Positions 49,401 to 59,412 are shown, counted from the stretch's first letter. The stretch is DNA of 64,000 nucleotides from an uncultured Lachnospiraceae bacterium (GCA_944375815.1 CALWBA010000107.1:1083-65082), one strand, 5' to 3'. Translations and numbers: made by a program. Notes: generated from the letters alone by a model not told the origin.

Positions 49401-50316
49401 TCTCCCCGGTCGTTGTATCAATGACGTCTTCCGCCAGAACCTGGCCTGCAATTCGATTCTTTAATGCCAGTTTCTTATTGAATTTATAGCGTCCAACCTT
49501 TGCCAGATCGTATCTTCTCGGATCGAAGAACATACTCATGATCAGGCTTTCTGCGCTTTCCACCGCAAGCGGTTCGCCCGGGCGGATCTTCTTATATAAT
49601 TCCAGAAGACCTTCCTGATAGCTCTCTGCAGTATCCTTTGTGAAGCTTGCCAGAATCTTCGGCTCCTCACCGAACAGATCTATAATCTCCGGATTTGTTC
49701 CGTAGCCAAGCGCACGGATCAGAACCGTAATCGGAACCTTACGGGTACGGTCCACGCGCACATAGAACACATCATTTGAGTCAGTCTCGTACTCCAGCCA
49801 GGCACCTCTGTTAGGGATGACCGTGGCGGAATATAACTTCTTACCTACTTTATCATGCGCAATCGCATAATAAATACCAGGAGAACGTACCAACTGGCTT
49901 ACAATAACACGCTCTGCACCATTGATAACAAAAGTTCCGGTAGCCGTCATCAGCGGAAGATCACCCATGAAGATTTCTGTTTCCTTAATCTCATCGGTCT
50001 CCCTGTTATATAATCTGACCTTTACTTTCAGCGGCGCTGCATATGTGGCATCCCTTTCCTTACACTGTTCGATTGTATATTTCTTCTCATCCTCACATAA
50101 TGTAAAGTCAACGAATTCCAAACTCAGCTTTCCGCTGTAATCTGTGATTGGAGAGATATCATCAAAGACCTCTTTCATTCCTTCTTTCAGGAACCAGTCA
50201 TATGAATCCTTCTGAACTTCAATCAAGTTGGGCATTTCCAAAACTTCTTTTTGTCTCTGGTAACTCATCCGCATACTTTTGCCGCTGACAACCGGACGTA
50301 TTCTGTTTTTTTCCAT
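46468..50316 (-). CDS. rpoB: DNA-directed RNA polymerase subunit beta
   Basis: Conserved blocks ([44 protein letters not shown]). Start at MEKNRIRPV after AAGGGGTG. Confidence 0.98.
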   Translation of the reverse strand: MEKNRIRPVVSGKSMRMSYQRQKEVLEMPNLIEVQKDSYDWFLKEGMKEVFDDISPITDYSGKLSLEFVDFTLCEDEKKYTIEQCKERDATYAAPLKVKVRLYNRETDEIKETEIFMGDLPLMTATGTFVINGAERVIVSQLVRSPGIYYAIAHDKVGKKLYSATVIPNRGAWLEYETDSNDVFYVRVDRTRKVPITVLIRALGYGTNPEIIDLFGEEPKILASFTKDTAESYQEGLLELYKKIRPGEPLAVESAESLIMSMFFDPRRYDLAKVGRYKFNKKLALKNRIAGQVLAEDVIDTTTGEILAEAGTKLTKEMAQQIQYAAVPFVWIQTEERNVKVLSNLMVDLASFIDIDEEEKKALGVTEEVYYPALAKILEENQDIEDIKAAVKRDIHELIPKHITKEDILASINYNIHLEYGLGNDDDIDHLGNRRIRAVGELLQNQYRIGLSRLERVVRERMTTQDIDGISPQSLINIKPVTAAVKEFFGSSQLSQFMDQNNPLGELTHKRRLSALGPGGLSRDRAGFEVRDVHYSHYGRMCPIETPEGPNIGLINSLASYARINQYGFVEAPYRKIDHSDPKNPRVTDEVVYMTADEEDNYHVAQANEPLDEEGHFIHKNVSGRYREETQEYERHMFDYMDVSPKMVFSVATALIPFLQNDDANRALMGSNMQRQAVPLLTTEAPVVGTGMEVKAAVDSGVCVVAKKSGTITRSTSKEIAMTNDDGTKDVYHLTKFMRSNQSNCYNQRPIVFKGEHVEAGQVIADGPSTYNGELALGKNPLIGFMTWEGYNYEDAVLLSERLVMDDVYTSVHIEEYEVESRDTKLGPEEITKDVPGVGDDALKDLDERGIIRIGAEVRAGDILVGKVTPKGETELTAEERLLRAIFGEKAREVRDTSLKVPHGEYGIVVDAKVFTRENGDELSPGVNQAVRIYIAQKRKISVGDKMAGRHGNKGVVSRVLPVEDMPFLPNGRPLDIVLNPLGVPSRMNIGQVLEIHLSLAAKALGFNIATPVFDGANENDIQDTLELANDYVNLSWEDFAAKYEDILDARVFDYLEKNKDHRELWKGVPISRDGKVRLRDGRTGEFFDSPVTIGHMHYLKLHHLVDDKIHARSTGPYSLVTQQPLGGKAQFGGQRFGEMEVWALEAYGASYTLQEIMTVKSDDVIGRVKTYEAIIKGDNIPESGIPESFKVLLKELQSLGLDVKVLREDQTEVEIMETIDYGETDLHAIIEGDRNYNRDEESYGDYGFSKQEFEGEELVDVEEEAEPDDFSALAEEILEEE

Positions 50317-50444
50317 TGACGTTTCACCCCTTGTATTATGATTTTTTCTTGTCGGAATCTCTGAAAACATCGGTGTTTTCAGGCTGCTTGACTGCCTTTT
50401 GATATTAGCTTTTAGGCATATATTTCCATAATAGTGCATCTTCC

Positions 50445-50473
50445 ACTATACCACAGCTTGTCAAGGGTGTCAA
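50445..50473 (-). promoter_or_regulatory. Strong sigma-A promoter for rpoBC
   Basis: Minus strand reads TTGACA (50468-50473), 17-nt spacer ending in TG, TATAGT (50445-50450). About 120-nt leader to the rpoB ATG. Confidence 0.6.
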
Positions 50474-50627
50474 CAATGATTATCCCTGTTTTTACAGAAA
50501 TTTTACTGTTTTTATCACCGTCAAAAGAGGTATGTATTATAATAGAAGGAAAATCTTTCTGACATCACCAAATTATTAAAGGATTATATCAACATCCGAG
50601 ATAATTATATGAATATTTATGACATTT

Positions 50628-50669
50628 CAAAAAAATCCGGATACAGCCGAAACTTCCAGCGTATCCGGA
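50628..50669 (-). terminator. Intrinsic terminator after spoVT
   Basis: Minus strand reads TCCGGATAC-N16-GTATCCGGA followed by TTTTTTT. Confidence 0.75.
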
Positions 50670-50697
50670 ATCATATAATACGATATACCGAGCTACT

Positions 50698-51246
50698 TCA
50701 TTGCTCCATTTGTCTCCCCAGAAATCCTGCTGCCACTGCCGCAAGCCGCAGTTCTCCGTCTGCAAGGGAGAGATTTTCTTTCCGCCTGATCAGAATCACA
50801 GCTCCGATCGCATCGCCCGCACTTAAAATAGGCTGGACGATCTGGGAGAAGCCCTTCTTTTCTTCTTCCGCAGTCACAGGAATATAGCTTCGTTCCTGAG
50901 CGGAAGCACAGATAACCGTCCGTTCCCGGATGGCTTCCTCAAGCTGAACACTGATCGTCTTCCCGAGGTAATCTCTCTGATCCGGACCGCTGGCTGCAAT
51001 AATGGCGTCATGGTCCGAGACGCACACCAGATGTCCCGTTACCTGCGCCATGACCTGAGCAAAATCCTTTGCAAAATTTCCGAGTTCCCCAATGGGAGAA
51101 TACTTTTTCAGTATAATTTCCCCTTCTCTTCCCGTAAAAATCTCCATCGGCTCTCCATCCCGAAGCCGCAGTGTCCTGCGAATCTCTTTGGGCACCACAA
51201 CCCTGCCCAGGTCATCTATTCTCCTTACAATTCCCGTAGCTTTCAT
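50698..51246 (-). CDS. spoVT: Stage V sporulation protein T (AbrB-type N-terminal domain plus GAF-like C-terminal domain)
   Basis: MKATGIVRRIDDLGRVVVPKEIRRTLRLRDGEPMEIF. 182 aa, the typical SpoVT size. Confidence 0.85.
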   Translation of the reverse strand: MKATGIVRRIDDLGRVVVPKEIRRTLRLRDGEPMEIFTGREGEIILKKYSPIGELGNFAKDFAQVMAQVTGHLVCVSDHDAIIAASGPDQRDYLGKTISVQLEEAIRERTVICASAQERSYIPVTAEEEKKGFSQIVQPILSAGDAIGAVILIRRKENLSLADGELRLAAVAAGFLGRQMEQ

Positions 51247-51390
51247 ATATTGGTTCCTCCATCTTTACATTCACGCATTTATCTGTGTTGTTGGCGATAA
51301 ATGTAGTATTTGTAAAAAGGAGGAAATTATGCATTTAACATGATCTATTCCAGAATTACAGAAAATCTGATGTCTTTTATATTTCGCTTC

Positions 51391-51891
51391 TTATACAGTC
51401 TGATCCTTGGCTTCCCGCACTGTCAGATCTCCATATTCTGCGCGGGCCGCTTTTCTAAGATCTTCCGGCGCCAGTTTCAGCGTTGTTCCGATTCTTCCGC
51501 CGCTTACATAGATCTCTTCAAATTTCTGCGCACTCGAGTCAATTACAGTACGAAACTGCTTTTTCATTCCAATCGGGCTGCAGCCGCCGCGGACATAACC
51601 TGTGATGGATGTGATATCCTTGACATGAATCATTTCCACAGACTTCTCACCCACAAGTTTTGCAGCGTTCTTTAAATGCACTTCCTCTGCAATCGGAATG
51701 ACAAATACATAGTACTGACCGCTTTTTCCCTGCGCCACCAGCGTTTTAAACGACTGCTCCACAGGAGCACCCGTCTTTTCAGCAGTATGCAGCCCGTCAA
51801 TAAACTCATCACACTCGTACTGTATTGTTTCATATTTTATTTTATTCCTGTCCAAGATCCTCATGGCATTTGTCTTAACTTCCTTTGCCAT
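51391..51891 (-). CDS. ybaK: Cys-tRNA(Pro)/Cys-tRNA(Cys) deacylase, YbaK/EbsC family
   Basis: 166 aa. TNAMRILD...KTLV...GYVRGGCSPIG pattern. Confidence 0.8.
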   Translation of the reverse strand: MAKEVKTNAMRILDRNKIKYETIQYECDEFIDGLHTAEKTGAPVEQSFKTLVAQGKSGQYYVFVIPIAEEVHLKNAAKLVGEKSVEMIHVKDITSITGYVRGGCSPIGMKKQFRTVIDSSAQKFEEIYVSGGRIGTTLKLAPEDLRKAARAEYGDLTVREAKDQTV

Positions 51892-51903
51892 TGTTCTTAC
51901 CTC

Positions 51904-53061
51904 CTACTCCTGTACCTTTTCTGCAGCCGCCCGGAATAACCGCTCCAGTTCCTCACGTTCTCCTTTTATTACACCCTGCACCATCTGTTCCGAGCCTCCG
52001 CCCTGAATGGAAAAATTCTCCTTCAGAGCATTAAGCAAAATACGGGCCCGGTTCTGAGCACTCTTTATCACATAAGAGTCATTCTCTCCCGTTACCATCA
52101 CATTCTTTGCACGCTCTCCCAGAGCATTTGCAATCTCTCTCAGATCCCGTGCAGGAACTGACGGCTCATCCAGAAAGCAGACTTTTGTCCCTTCCGGAAT
52201 TGCCTGCGCCTGCAGACGTGCGATTCGTCTTCTGAGTTCCGCCATCTCATACCGCAGTCTGCCATTTTCATCAAGAACTCTCTCTACGGCAGCCGGTGTC
52301 TCTTCCGGCTTCGCCGAAAGCAGACGTGCTGCAGCGGTAATATACTCATGTTTTCTTCCGTAATCCTCAATCGCTCTTTTTCCGCTGACCATCGAAATGC
52401 GCACGCCCGATTTATAATTCTGCACGCTGAGAATCTTTACCATTCGTATCTCACCCGTATTTTTCACATGCGTTCCGCAGCAGGCGCATATATCACATCC
52501 ATCAATCGAAAGAATGCGCACTCTGCCCGACAGTTCCTTCTTGCTGCGATATGTAAGGTCTTCCAGCTCCTTCGGCGACGGATACGAAGCAACAATCGGA
52601 ATCTGTCTGCCTATTGCCTCATTTGCGCGATGTTCAATTTCCATGGCCTGTTCCCATGTAAGCGGTGTGTTGAAATCCATGGTTATCACATCACTTCCCA
52701 TATGAAAGCCCACATTGCTGCAGCCGAATGTACTGCAGATAATGCCGGATACAACATGCTCTCCACTGTGGTTCTGCATAAAGTCATATCTGCGCACCCA
52801 GTCAATCTCTCCATCCACAACAGCTCCTTTCGGAAGCGGCTCAGATACTGTATGCCAGATTACTCCCTCTTTCTCGTGAACGTCCAGGACCTTCACACCT
52901 CCCAGCACTCCCTGATCCGCAGGCTGTCCTCCTCCCTCCGGATAAAATGCCGTCTCTCTCAGAGCAATCTTGAAAATACCCTTCTCACTGATACTGTCTT
53001 CTATCACGGACGAAAATGTTGTCCGGTATGCATCCTGTTCATATAATTTCACTGTTTCCAT
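51904..53061 (-). CDS. alaX: AlaX-L type alanyl-tRNA editing protein (Ala-RS second additional domain plus C-terminal DHHA1-like region)
   Basis: Zn motifs HSGEHVVSG and CACCGTHV. 385 aa. Confidence 0.75.
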   Translation of the reverse strand: METVKLYEQDAYRTTFSSVIEDSISEKGIFKIALRETAFYPEGGGQPADQGVLGGVKVLDVHEKEGVIWHTVSEPLPKGAVVDGEIDWVRRYDFMQNHSGEHVVSGIICSTFGCSNVGFHMGSDVITMDFNTPLTWEQAMEIEHRANEAIGRQIPIVASYPSPKELEDLTYRSKKELSGRVRILSIDGCDICACCGTHVKNTGEIRMVKILSVQNYKSGVRISMVSGKRAIEDYGRKHEYITAAARLLSAKPEETPAAVERVLDENGRLRYEMAELRRRIARLQAQAIPEGTKVCFLDEPSVPARDLREIANALGERAKNVMVTGENDSYVIKSAQNRARILLNALKENFSIQGGGSEQMVQGVIKGEREELERLFRAAAEKVQE

Positions 53062-53089
53062 CTATTCAACTTCCTTTCTTTTCTGCCTT

Positions 53090-53773
53090 TTACTCAGCAC
53101 AGCGCTTCGCAAGAGACTCCCTATCCACAATTTCCACCGCTCCGCGCGAAAGCTTCACCAATCCCTCGCGCTCAAAATACTTGAGCATCCGCGACACAAC
53201 TTCTCTCGCACTTCCCAGATGATTCGCAATCTCCTCATGTGTAATTGCAACCTTATCCGTCTCCTCCAGTTCCGTCTGTTCCAGAAGAAACGCTGCAAGC
53301 CTGCGGTCAAAGCTCTTAAACACAATCTGTTCCAATACCCACATCACATCTGACATCCTTGAAACGACCAGATCATTCATATAATTTGCCGCTGCAATCT
53401 CCTCCCGCGTCACCTTCTGATATGCACGCGAGCGGATCAGAAGCCCTTCCATATCTGTCTCTGCAGCAATGTACACATCAAAGTCTATATCATTCATAAT
53501 ACAGGATGCCGAAAAAATACAGATATCATAATCCAGCAGCCGAAAAAGTGTTATTTCCTTCCCCTCTGTGTCTACAATATATGCTCTCAACCGCCCCTTT
53601 TTAATCAGCAAAACCCCCGTGCACTGCTCTCTTGAGCTCTGGATTACATCTCCTTTGCGATACGACACCTCCCGCGAGTGCATCGCAAGGTTCTCCTGGC
53701 TGTCCTTCGAAATTTTCCCCCAGAACGGAAGCAGTTTTGCCAGCATTTTCTTTTTTTCTTCCATTTCTTCCAT
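53090..53773 (-). CDS. Crp/Fnr-family transcriptional regulator
   Basis: cNMP-binding fold plus C-terminal HTH (THEEIANHLGSAREVVSRMLKYFEREGLV). Start at MEEMEEKKK after GGGAGGA. Confidence 0.8.
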   Translation of the reverse strand: MEEMEEKKKMLAKLLPFWGKISKDSQENLAMHSREVSYRKGDVIQSSREQCTGVLLIKKGRLRAYIVDTEGKEITLFRLLDYDICIFSASCIMNDIDFDVYIAAETDMEGLLIRSRAYQKVTREEIAAANYMNDLVVSRMSDVMWVLEQIVFKSFDRRLAAFLLEQTELEETDKVAITHEEIANHLGSAREVVSRMLKYFEREGLVKLSRGAVEIVDRESLAKRCAE

Positions 53774-53907
53774 AATAATCCTCCCGCGCAAAAGATAAAA
53801 AGCCTATAGAATCTCTTCTACAGGCTTTTCACTGTGCGTAATACCAATCGATTAAAAATTAAGCACCGTCCCCACAGCTCCATGGTCTGCAAAAACAGTG
53901 CTTCTAG

Positions 53908-53980
53908 TGCGCCTTCAGGGACTCGAACCCTGGACAAATAGATTAAGAGTCTACTGCTCTACCAACTGAGCTAAAGGCGC
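53908..53980 (-). tRNA. tRNA-Lys (anticodon CTT)
   Basis: Minus strand reads GCGCCTTTAGCTCAGTTGGTAGAGCAGTAGACTCTTAATCTATTTGTCCAGGGTTCGAGTCCCTGAAGGCGCA. This gives a cloverleaf with a 7-bp acceptor stem, GTTCGAGTC T-loop and anticodon loop CT-CTT-AA. CCA is not encoded. Confidence 0.9.
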
Positions 53981-54027
53981 TTACCACTTTTTTCTTTGTT
54001 TTTTTGTCTTTCCTTAAGACAAGAGTT

Positions 54028-54056
54028 ATTATATGCGATAACTCGAAAAAAGTCAA
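54028..54056 (-). promoter_or_regulatory. Sigma-A promoter for tRNA-Lys
   Basis: Minus strand reads TTGACT (54051-54056), 17-nt spacer, TATAAT (54028-54033). Confidence 0.6.
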
Positions 54057-54105
54057 CACCTATTTTCAAATTTTTTTAAAAGTTTTTTTTGTATGATTTT
54101 TCGCT

Positions 54106-54258
54106 TTATTTCTGTTTTTTCCCCTGGAGTTTCTTGTCTTTTAAAATGTGCTCTAATTCTCTGACTGATTTCTGCAGCCTGTTCACCCTGCTGCCCGCGC
54201 TGCCATTCTCGTAGCTCCACTGTACAAGTCTGTTCTCAAGCTTCGACTTCTTGTTCAC
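54106..54258 (-). CDS. Candidate small basic coiled-coil protein (50 aa), below the ORF-track length cutoff
   Basis: GTG start 5 nt after GGGAGGAAG. Translation is VNKKSKLENRLVQWSYENGSAGSRVNRLQKSVRELEHILKDKKLQGKKQK. Lies directly downstream of trmB. Confidence 0.35.
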   Translation of the reverse strand: MNKKSKLENRLVQWSYENGSAGSRVNRLQKSVRELEHILKDKKLQGKKQK

Positions 54259-54334
54259 GGCCGCTTCCTCCCGGCAATATATGTTATTTCTATCATGCTC
54301 TTATCTTATGCGCGGGCGCTTCCGGGTGTTACTT

Positions 54335-54991
54335 TTATATTCTTTTCTCGTAGTGCGCTGTCAGCTTGTGGATTGGATTTCCTGCCGATGAAAACTTTTC
54401 CTCATACTCGGTCATTACATTTCCCTTCACCATTTCCGGTTCATGATGGAGATCATATGTATATGCGTCTAAAATCCATCCCGCTTCACGAATCTCTTCT
54501 AATGAAAAGTCAAACAGCGGACGATTGTCTGTCTTGAATTCTACTCTGGCGCCGGGCAGGAGGATCTGCTCATACCGCCGCAGGAACTCTCTTGACGTCA
54601 GACGGCGCTTGGCGTGGCGTTCCTTGGGCCATGGATCAGAAAAGTTCAGATAGATCCGGTCTACCTCTCCCTGCGCAAAGACATCCGGAAGCTCCCTTGC
54701 GTCCATGCGAATAAAAAAGAGATTGGGCATATCCTCTTCAAGCCGTTCTCTCTTCTGAATGGCCCTTAAGAGCACGCTGTCGTACATTTCTATTCCTATA
54801 TAATTGATTCCGGGATTTTTCTCTGCCATTTCCATAAGAAACTGCCCCTTGCCCATTCCAACCTCAATATGGATAGGATTCTCATTTCCAAAGATTTTAT
54901 TCCAGTGTTCTTTTTTATCCTGTGGATTCTGGATGACATACGGACTTGCCGCTATCGCCTCTTTTGAACCGCTGATATTGCGAAGTCGCAT
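54335..54991 (-). CDS. trmB: tRNA (guanine-N7)-methyltransferase
   Basis: IHIEVGMGKGQF (SAM motif) and LNFSDPWPKERH. Start at MRLRNISG after AAAGGAGAG. Confidence 0.85.
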   Translation of the reverse strand: MRLRNISGSKEAIAASPYVIQNPQDKKEHWNKIFGNENPIHIEVGMGKGQFLMEMAEKNPGINYIGIEMYDSVLLRAIQKRERLEEDMPNLFFIRMDARELPDVFAQGEVDRIYLNFSDPWPKERHAKRRLTSREFLRRYEQILLPGARVEFKTDNRPLFDFSLEEIREAGWILDAYTYDLHHEPEMVKGNVMTEYEEKFSSAGNPIHKLTAHYEKRI

Positions 54992-55193
54992 CTTATACTC
55001 TCCTTTTTCTTTAGATTCCAGGCTAATCTTACTATAATATCCGGCTGTTTTCCAGTCCCTATTTCCTGATTTTCGAGCAGTCATGTTTTATTTTTTAATT
55101 TTGCAGCATACTATAGGGAACCCTATCAATTTTTATCAGACAATTTTTCCTGACTTTTTTTATATTTCATATTTTTAGCGGCATAACATTTAC

Positions 55194-55222
55194 TTGTGAT
55201 TACAATATGCTTGTGATAAAAT
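55194..55222 (+). promoter_or_regulatory. Sigma-A promoter of the V-ATPase operon
   Basis: TTGTGA (55194-55199), 17-nt spacer, TAAAAT (55217-55222). Confidence 0.5.
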
Positions 55223-55294
55223 AAGTTACGTCAGAATTATGGCCGCTATAGGCAGATGCGGCCATCTTAATTTTTACAGAACGGAGGTTCTATT

Positions 55295-55606
55295 ATGCAG
55301 ACAGTCATTCAGAAATTATCTGAAATCGAAACCGCTGCAACCAGAATCATGGATGACGCGGCGGCTAAGAAAAAGCAGATGGACCAAAAATATCAGGACG
55401 ACTGCAACGACTTTGATAAGAGTCTCGATGAAGAGACTGCAAAGAGACTCGATCAGCTCCGGAAAGATCTTGGTGCTGCTGCAGAGCACGATCTGGAGGA
55501 CATCAATGCAAAGACTGCAAAATCTCTGGAAAATCTGGACCGCGAATACGAGCGACAGCATGAAATCTGGGCGGAACAAATTTTCAACCATCTGATAAGG
55601 AAGTGA
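55295..55606 (+). CDS. V-type ATPase small coiled-coil stalk subunit (G/H-like)
   Basis: 103 aa, charged helical protein. First gene of the V-ATPase operon. Confidence 0.6.
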   Translation: MQTVIQKLSEIETAATRIMDDAAAKKKQMDQKYQDDCNDFDKSLDEETAKRLDQLRKDLGAAAEHDLEDINAKTAKSLENLDREYERQHEIWAEQIFNHLIRK

Positions 55607-55612
55607 TAAATT

Positions 55613-56653
55613 ATGGGCGGTTTGATGTCCTACAGCGGACTCACTACGAAGATCCGCGCCATGGAGGGACGCTTCCTGAACGACAGGCAGTATCGGGAAA
55701 TCACAGAACTCCCCGATGTTCCCTCTGCAGTTACCTATTTAAAACAAAAGCCATCTTACCAGGATATTTTTGCAGACCGTGACGAGAGTACACTGCACAG
55801 AGGCGAGATAGAGCAGATGCTCCGTCTTTCTATCTACCGGGATTTTACAAAGCTGTACCGGTTTTCCAACGAAGAGCAGCGCAGATTTCTGAAGCTTTAC
55901 TTCCGGCGATATGAGGTATTTATCATTAAAAAATGCCTGAACACCATCTTTGATCACCGCGAAGTCTCCTTAAATCTGTCGCGTTTTTATGAATTCTTCA
56001 ACCGGCACTCACAGCTTGATATCGCTCTTTTGTCCTCCAGCTCTTCCGTTGAGGAGTTTGTAAATAACCTAAAGGGCTCTGAGTATTACGCCCCGCTCAA
56101 AGGTCTTTTAGGAGCAGATTCCCCGACGCTGTTTGACTACGAGATGGCGCTGGATTTATATTATTTTCGGCTGATCTGGAAAAACAAGGACAAGATCATG
56201 AAGAAGAAAGATCTCGAGGAAATCACAGAAGCTTACGGTCAGAAATTTGATCTTCTGAATCTGCAGTGGATCTACAGGTGCAAAGCATATTACCATATGG
56301 AAGACACCGATATTTATGCACTTTTAGTACCCATACACTATAAGCTCAAGGCCCCGCAGATCAAAGCTCTTGTGGAGTCCGAAAGCACACAGGCATTTGA
56401 GGCGCTTCTCGCGGATACGTATTATGCCAAGCATTACGAAGAGTTCAATACCGAAACTCTCGAGGCGATGTATGCACATATCCTGAAGCATGTCCTTTCC
56501 ACAGAGTCAAGAAAGCACCCGTATTCTGTGGCAACGCTGTATTCCTATCTATATCACAAGGAACATGAAGTAAACCGGCTTGTGATTGCATTGGAATGTG
56601 TGCGTTATAATGTTGCGCCGGATGAGGCGATGAAATATATATTTAAAACTTAA
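55613..56653 (+). CDS. ntpC: V-type ATPase subunit C (d-like)
   Basis: 346 aa. Position and size are typical of the bacterial V-ATPase C subunit. Confidence 0.75.
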   Translation: MGGLMSYSGLTTKIRAMEGRFLNDRQYREITELPDVPSAVTYLKQKPSYQDIFADRDESTLHRGEIEQMLRLSIYRDFTKLYRFSNEEQRRFLKLYFRRYEVFIIKKCLNTIFDHREVSLNLSRFYEFFNRHSQLDIALLSSSSSVEEFVNNLKGSEYYAPLKGLLGADSPTLFDYEMALDLYYFRLIWKNKDKIMKKKDLEEITEAYGQKFDLLNLQWIYRCKAYYHMEDTDIYALLVPIHYKLKAPQIKALVESESTQAFEALLADTYYAKHYEEFNTETLEAMYAHILKHVLSTESRKHPYSVATLYSYLYHKEHEVNRLVIALECVRYNVAPDEAMKYIFKT

Positions 56654-56671
56654 AGCCGGAGGTGTATTTTT

Positions 56672-58630
56672 GTGATTGAAAAGATGAAATTTCTTAGTAT
56701 CACAGGCCCGAAAGCTGATATTGACCGTGTAACCAATACCTACTTATCCAAGTATGAGATTCACCTGGAAAATGCACTGGCTCAGCTTCAGTCCGTGCAG
56801 GACTTAAGCCCCTATATCCAGATCAACCCCTACAAGGAGATCCTGACAAAAGCGAATGATTTTGCAGGACTTCTGGATAAGGATGCACAGCCGCCCAAAG
56901 ACGGTATCTCTCTGGAGGATTCGATCACACTGATTGAAGATCTCGACCAGAAGCTGACACGAATCAATCAAAAGCGTTCCGACCTGGAAACTCAGAAAAA
57001 GGAAACTGCCGAGCTTATCAGCAAGGTAGAACCGTTTCTTGGTTTAAGCGACAATCTCTCTGAGATCCTGAACTATAAGTATATCAAGTTCCGGTTCGGA
57101 AGGATTGCTCTTGAGTATTACTCTAATTTTGAGGAATATGTGTACGAAAAGTTTGACACTGTATTCTACCCGTGCAACAGAGATGACCGATACATCTGGG
57201 GTGTTTACTTCTGTCCCAGAGACGGGGTGCAGAAAATAGACGCTGTTTACTCTTCCATGCACTTCGAGCGTTTTTTTATTCCCGAGGCGTATCATGAGGC
57301 GCCGGCTCCGACTCATCAGGCGCTTAAGGATAAACTGCAGTCTATAGAAAAGCAGATCGCAGACTGTGAGGATGAGCTGCGATTGTATCTGCATGACCAG
57401 GCAGGAAAAATTATTGCCGCAAGAGACAAGCTCAGTACTCTCTCCCGCAATTTCGATGTAAGAAAGCTCGCAGCGTGTACGAAGGAAGATCTGGATACAT
57501 TTTACATTCTCTGCGGATGGATGACAAAAACAGATGCCGATGCTTTCCTTCATGAAGTCTCAAATGATACCAAGCTGTACTGCTTTGTGGAAGATGATAC
57601 CTCGAATCTGACATGCACGCCGCCAACAAAGCTGAAGAACCCGCGGCTGTTCCGTCCGTTTGAGATGTTTGTAAAAATGTACGGACTTCCTTCTTATAAT
57701 GAAATCGACCCGACAATTTTCGTGGCGCTCACATATACGTTTATCTTCGGCGCCATGTTCGGAGATGCGGGACAGGGACTGTGTCTGACAATCGGAGGTT
57801 TTCTGCTGTATCATTTCAGAAAGATTACGCTTGCCGCGATTATTGGACTTGCCGGTATTTTCTCTACAATCTTCGGATTCCTCTTCGGAAGCTTCTTTGG
57901 TTTCGAAGATCTGCTTCCCGCCCTGTGGATACGCCCCACGGAAGCTATGACTTTTATACCGGGTCTCGGAAGCATAAACACCGTGTTTGTAGTTGCCATA
58001 GCATTCGGTATGTTCCTGATTCTGTTGACAATGATTTTTCATATTATTAACGGCATCCGTTCAAGGGAGACAGAAAATATCTGGTTTGATCAGAACGCTG
58101 TCTGCGGACTGGTCTTCTACGGAGCACTGACTGCTGTCATCGCACTGATCGTGACCGGTCATCATGCCCCTGCGATCACCGTACTCGTCATTATGTTCGG
58201 TGTACCGCTGATTTTAATTATGCTGAAAGAACCGCTGACCCGCCTCGCCGACAGGCACTCACCTGCCATAGAGGGCAGCAAGCCTATGTTCTTTGTACAA
58301 AGTTTCTTTGAACTGTTTGAGGTATGCTTAAGCTATCTCTCCAATACGCTTTCCTTTATCCGTATCGGAGCATTTGCAGTCAGCCATGCAGCTATGATGG
58401 AAGTCGTGCTGATGCTCGCAGGCGCGGCGGAAGGCGGATCCCCAAACTGGGTAGTCATTGTGCTTGGAAATATCTTTGTGTGCGCAATGGAGGGTCTGAT
58501 CGTAGGGATTCAGGTTCTGCGTCTGGAATATTATGAAATGTTCAGCCGCTTCTACAAAGGCACCGGGCGGGACTTTTCCCCGTTTATCCGGCATGGTCAT
58601 GCGCCTGCCGCAACAAAACCGCAAAATTAA
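56672..58630 (+). CDS. ntpI: V-type ATPase subunit I (a-subunit, proton/sodium channel)
   Basis: 652 aa. Soluble N-terminal half plus a polytopic C-terminal half with the conserved Arg region (LSFIRIGAFAVSHA). Confidence 0.85.
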   Translation: MIEKMKFLSITGPKADIDRVTNTYLSKYEIHLENALAQLQSVQDLSPYIQINPYKEILTKANDFAGLLDKDAQPPKDGISLEDSITLIEDLDQKLTRINQKRSDLETQKKETAELISKVEPFLGLSDNLSEILNYKYIKFRFGRIALEYYSNFEEYVYEKFDTVFYPCNRDDRYIWGVYFCPRDGVQKIDAVYSSMHFERFFIPEAYHEAPAPTHQALKDKLQSIEKQIADCEDELRLYLHDQAGKIIAARDKLSTLSRNFDVRKLAACTKEDLDTFYILCGWMTKTDADAFLHEVSNDTKLYCFVEDDTSNLTCTPPTKLKNPRLFRPFEMFVKMYGLPSYNEIDPTIFVALTYTFIFGAMFGDAGQGLCLTIGGFLLYHFRKITLAAIIGLAGIFSTIFGFLFGSFFGFEDLLPALWIRPTEAMTFIPGLGSINTVFVVAIAFGMFLILLTMIFHIINGIRSRETENIWFDQNAVCGLVFYGALTAVIALIVTGHHAPAITVLVIMFGVPLILIMLKEPLTRLADRHSPAIEGSKPMFFVQSFFELFEVCLSYLSNTLSFIRIGAFAVSHAAMMEVVLMLAGAAEGGSPNWVVIVLGNIFVCAMEGLIVGIQVLRLEYYEMFSRFYKGTGRDFSPFIRHGHAPAATKPQN

Positions 58631-58659
58631 AAATATGTTTCTTTAGGAGGATGAATTTT

Positions 58660-59091
58660 ATGACAACATTAATCCAGGTTACAACAGCAGCTGCACTGAT
58701 TTTAAGCATTATTATCCCGTTCGGATACTATTTCCTCGGGGAAAAGAACAAAAAGCGCTACAAAAAGTCTCTTGCCGCAAACTGCTTCTTTTTTTTTGTC
58801 ACTCTGCTTGTGGGCACTATTATGACGTTCGCAGGCTCTACCAGCGTACAGGCTGCCGCAGGCTCTTCTGACGGACTTGCTTCCGGATTGGGTTACCTGG
58901 GAGCGGCTCTTGTTACCGGTCTGTCCGGTATAGGTTCCGGTATCGGCGTAGCGAGCTCTGCCAGCGCAGCTTTAGGTGCAATCAGCGAGGATGGTTCCCT
59001 CTTCGGTAAATCCATGATCTTCGTAGCCATGGCAGAAGGTATTGCGCTGTACGGACTGATCATTTCCTTTATGATCCTGAGCAAAATCTGA
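58660..59091 (+). CDS. ntpK: V-type ATPase proteolipid subunit K
   Basis: Gly-rich helices (GLSGIGSGIGVASSA) and the ion-binding Glu (AMAEGIALYGLI). Start placed at MTTLIQV after GGAGGA. Confidence 0.8.
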   Translation: MTTLIQVTTAAALILSIIIPFGYYFLGEKNKKRYKKSLAANCFFFFVTLLVGTIMTFAGSTSVQAAAGSSDGLASGLGYLGAALVTGLSGIGSGIGVASSASAALGAISEDGSLFGKSMIFVAMAEGIALYGLIISFMILSKI

Positions 59092-59103
59092 GGTGAAAGC
59101 TCT

Positions 59104-59412
59104 ATGAAAATGTACTTAATCAGCGACAACATCGACACGCAGACGGGCATGCGGCTCGCAGGCGTCGACGGTGTCGTGGTTCACGAACTGGACGAATTGC
59201 GCACAGCCCTGGAGCAGGCGCTTTCGGACAGGGAGATCGGCATCATACTCCTGACCGAAAAATTCGGTCGGGAGTTTCCCGATCTTATAGAGGAGACAAA
59301 ACTTCATCACCGTCTCCCCCTGATTATCGAGATCCCCGACCGCCACGGTACGGGGCGCAAACCGGATTTCATTACTTCATTTGTAAACGAATCCATCGGG
59401 TTAAAACTATGA
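59104..59412 (+). CDS. V-type ATPase subunit F
   Basis: 102 aa. MKMYLISDNIDTQTGMRLAGV pattern, typical of F subunits. Confidence 0.75.
   Translation: MKMYLISDNIDTQTGMRLAGVDGVVVHELDELRTALEQALSDREIGIILLTEKFGREFPDLIEETKLHHRLPLIIEIPDRHGTGRKPDFITSFVNESIGLKL

Noticed and set aside
53981-54105. A possible additional small RNA between tRNA-Lys and the small ORF.
   Set aside because: The region is explained by the tRNA promoter (TTGACT-N17-TATAAT) and an AT-rich spacer. I saw no convincing structure or terminator.
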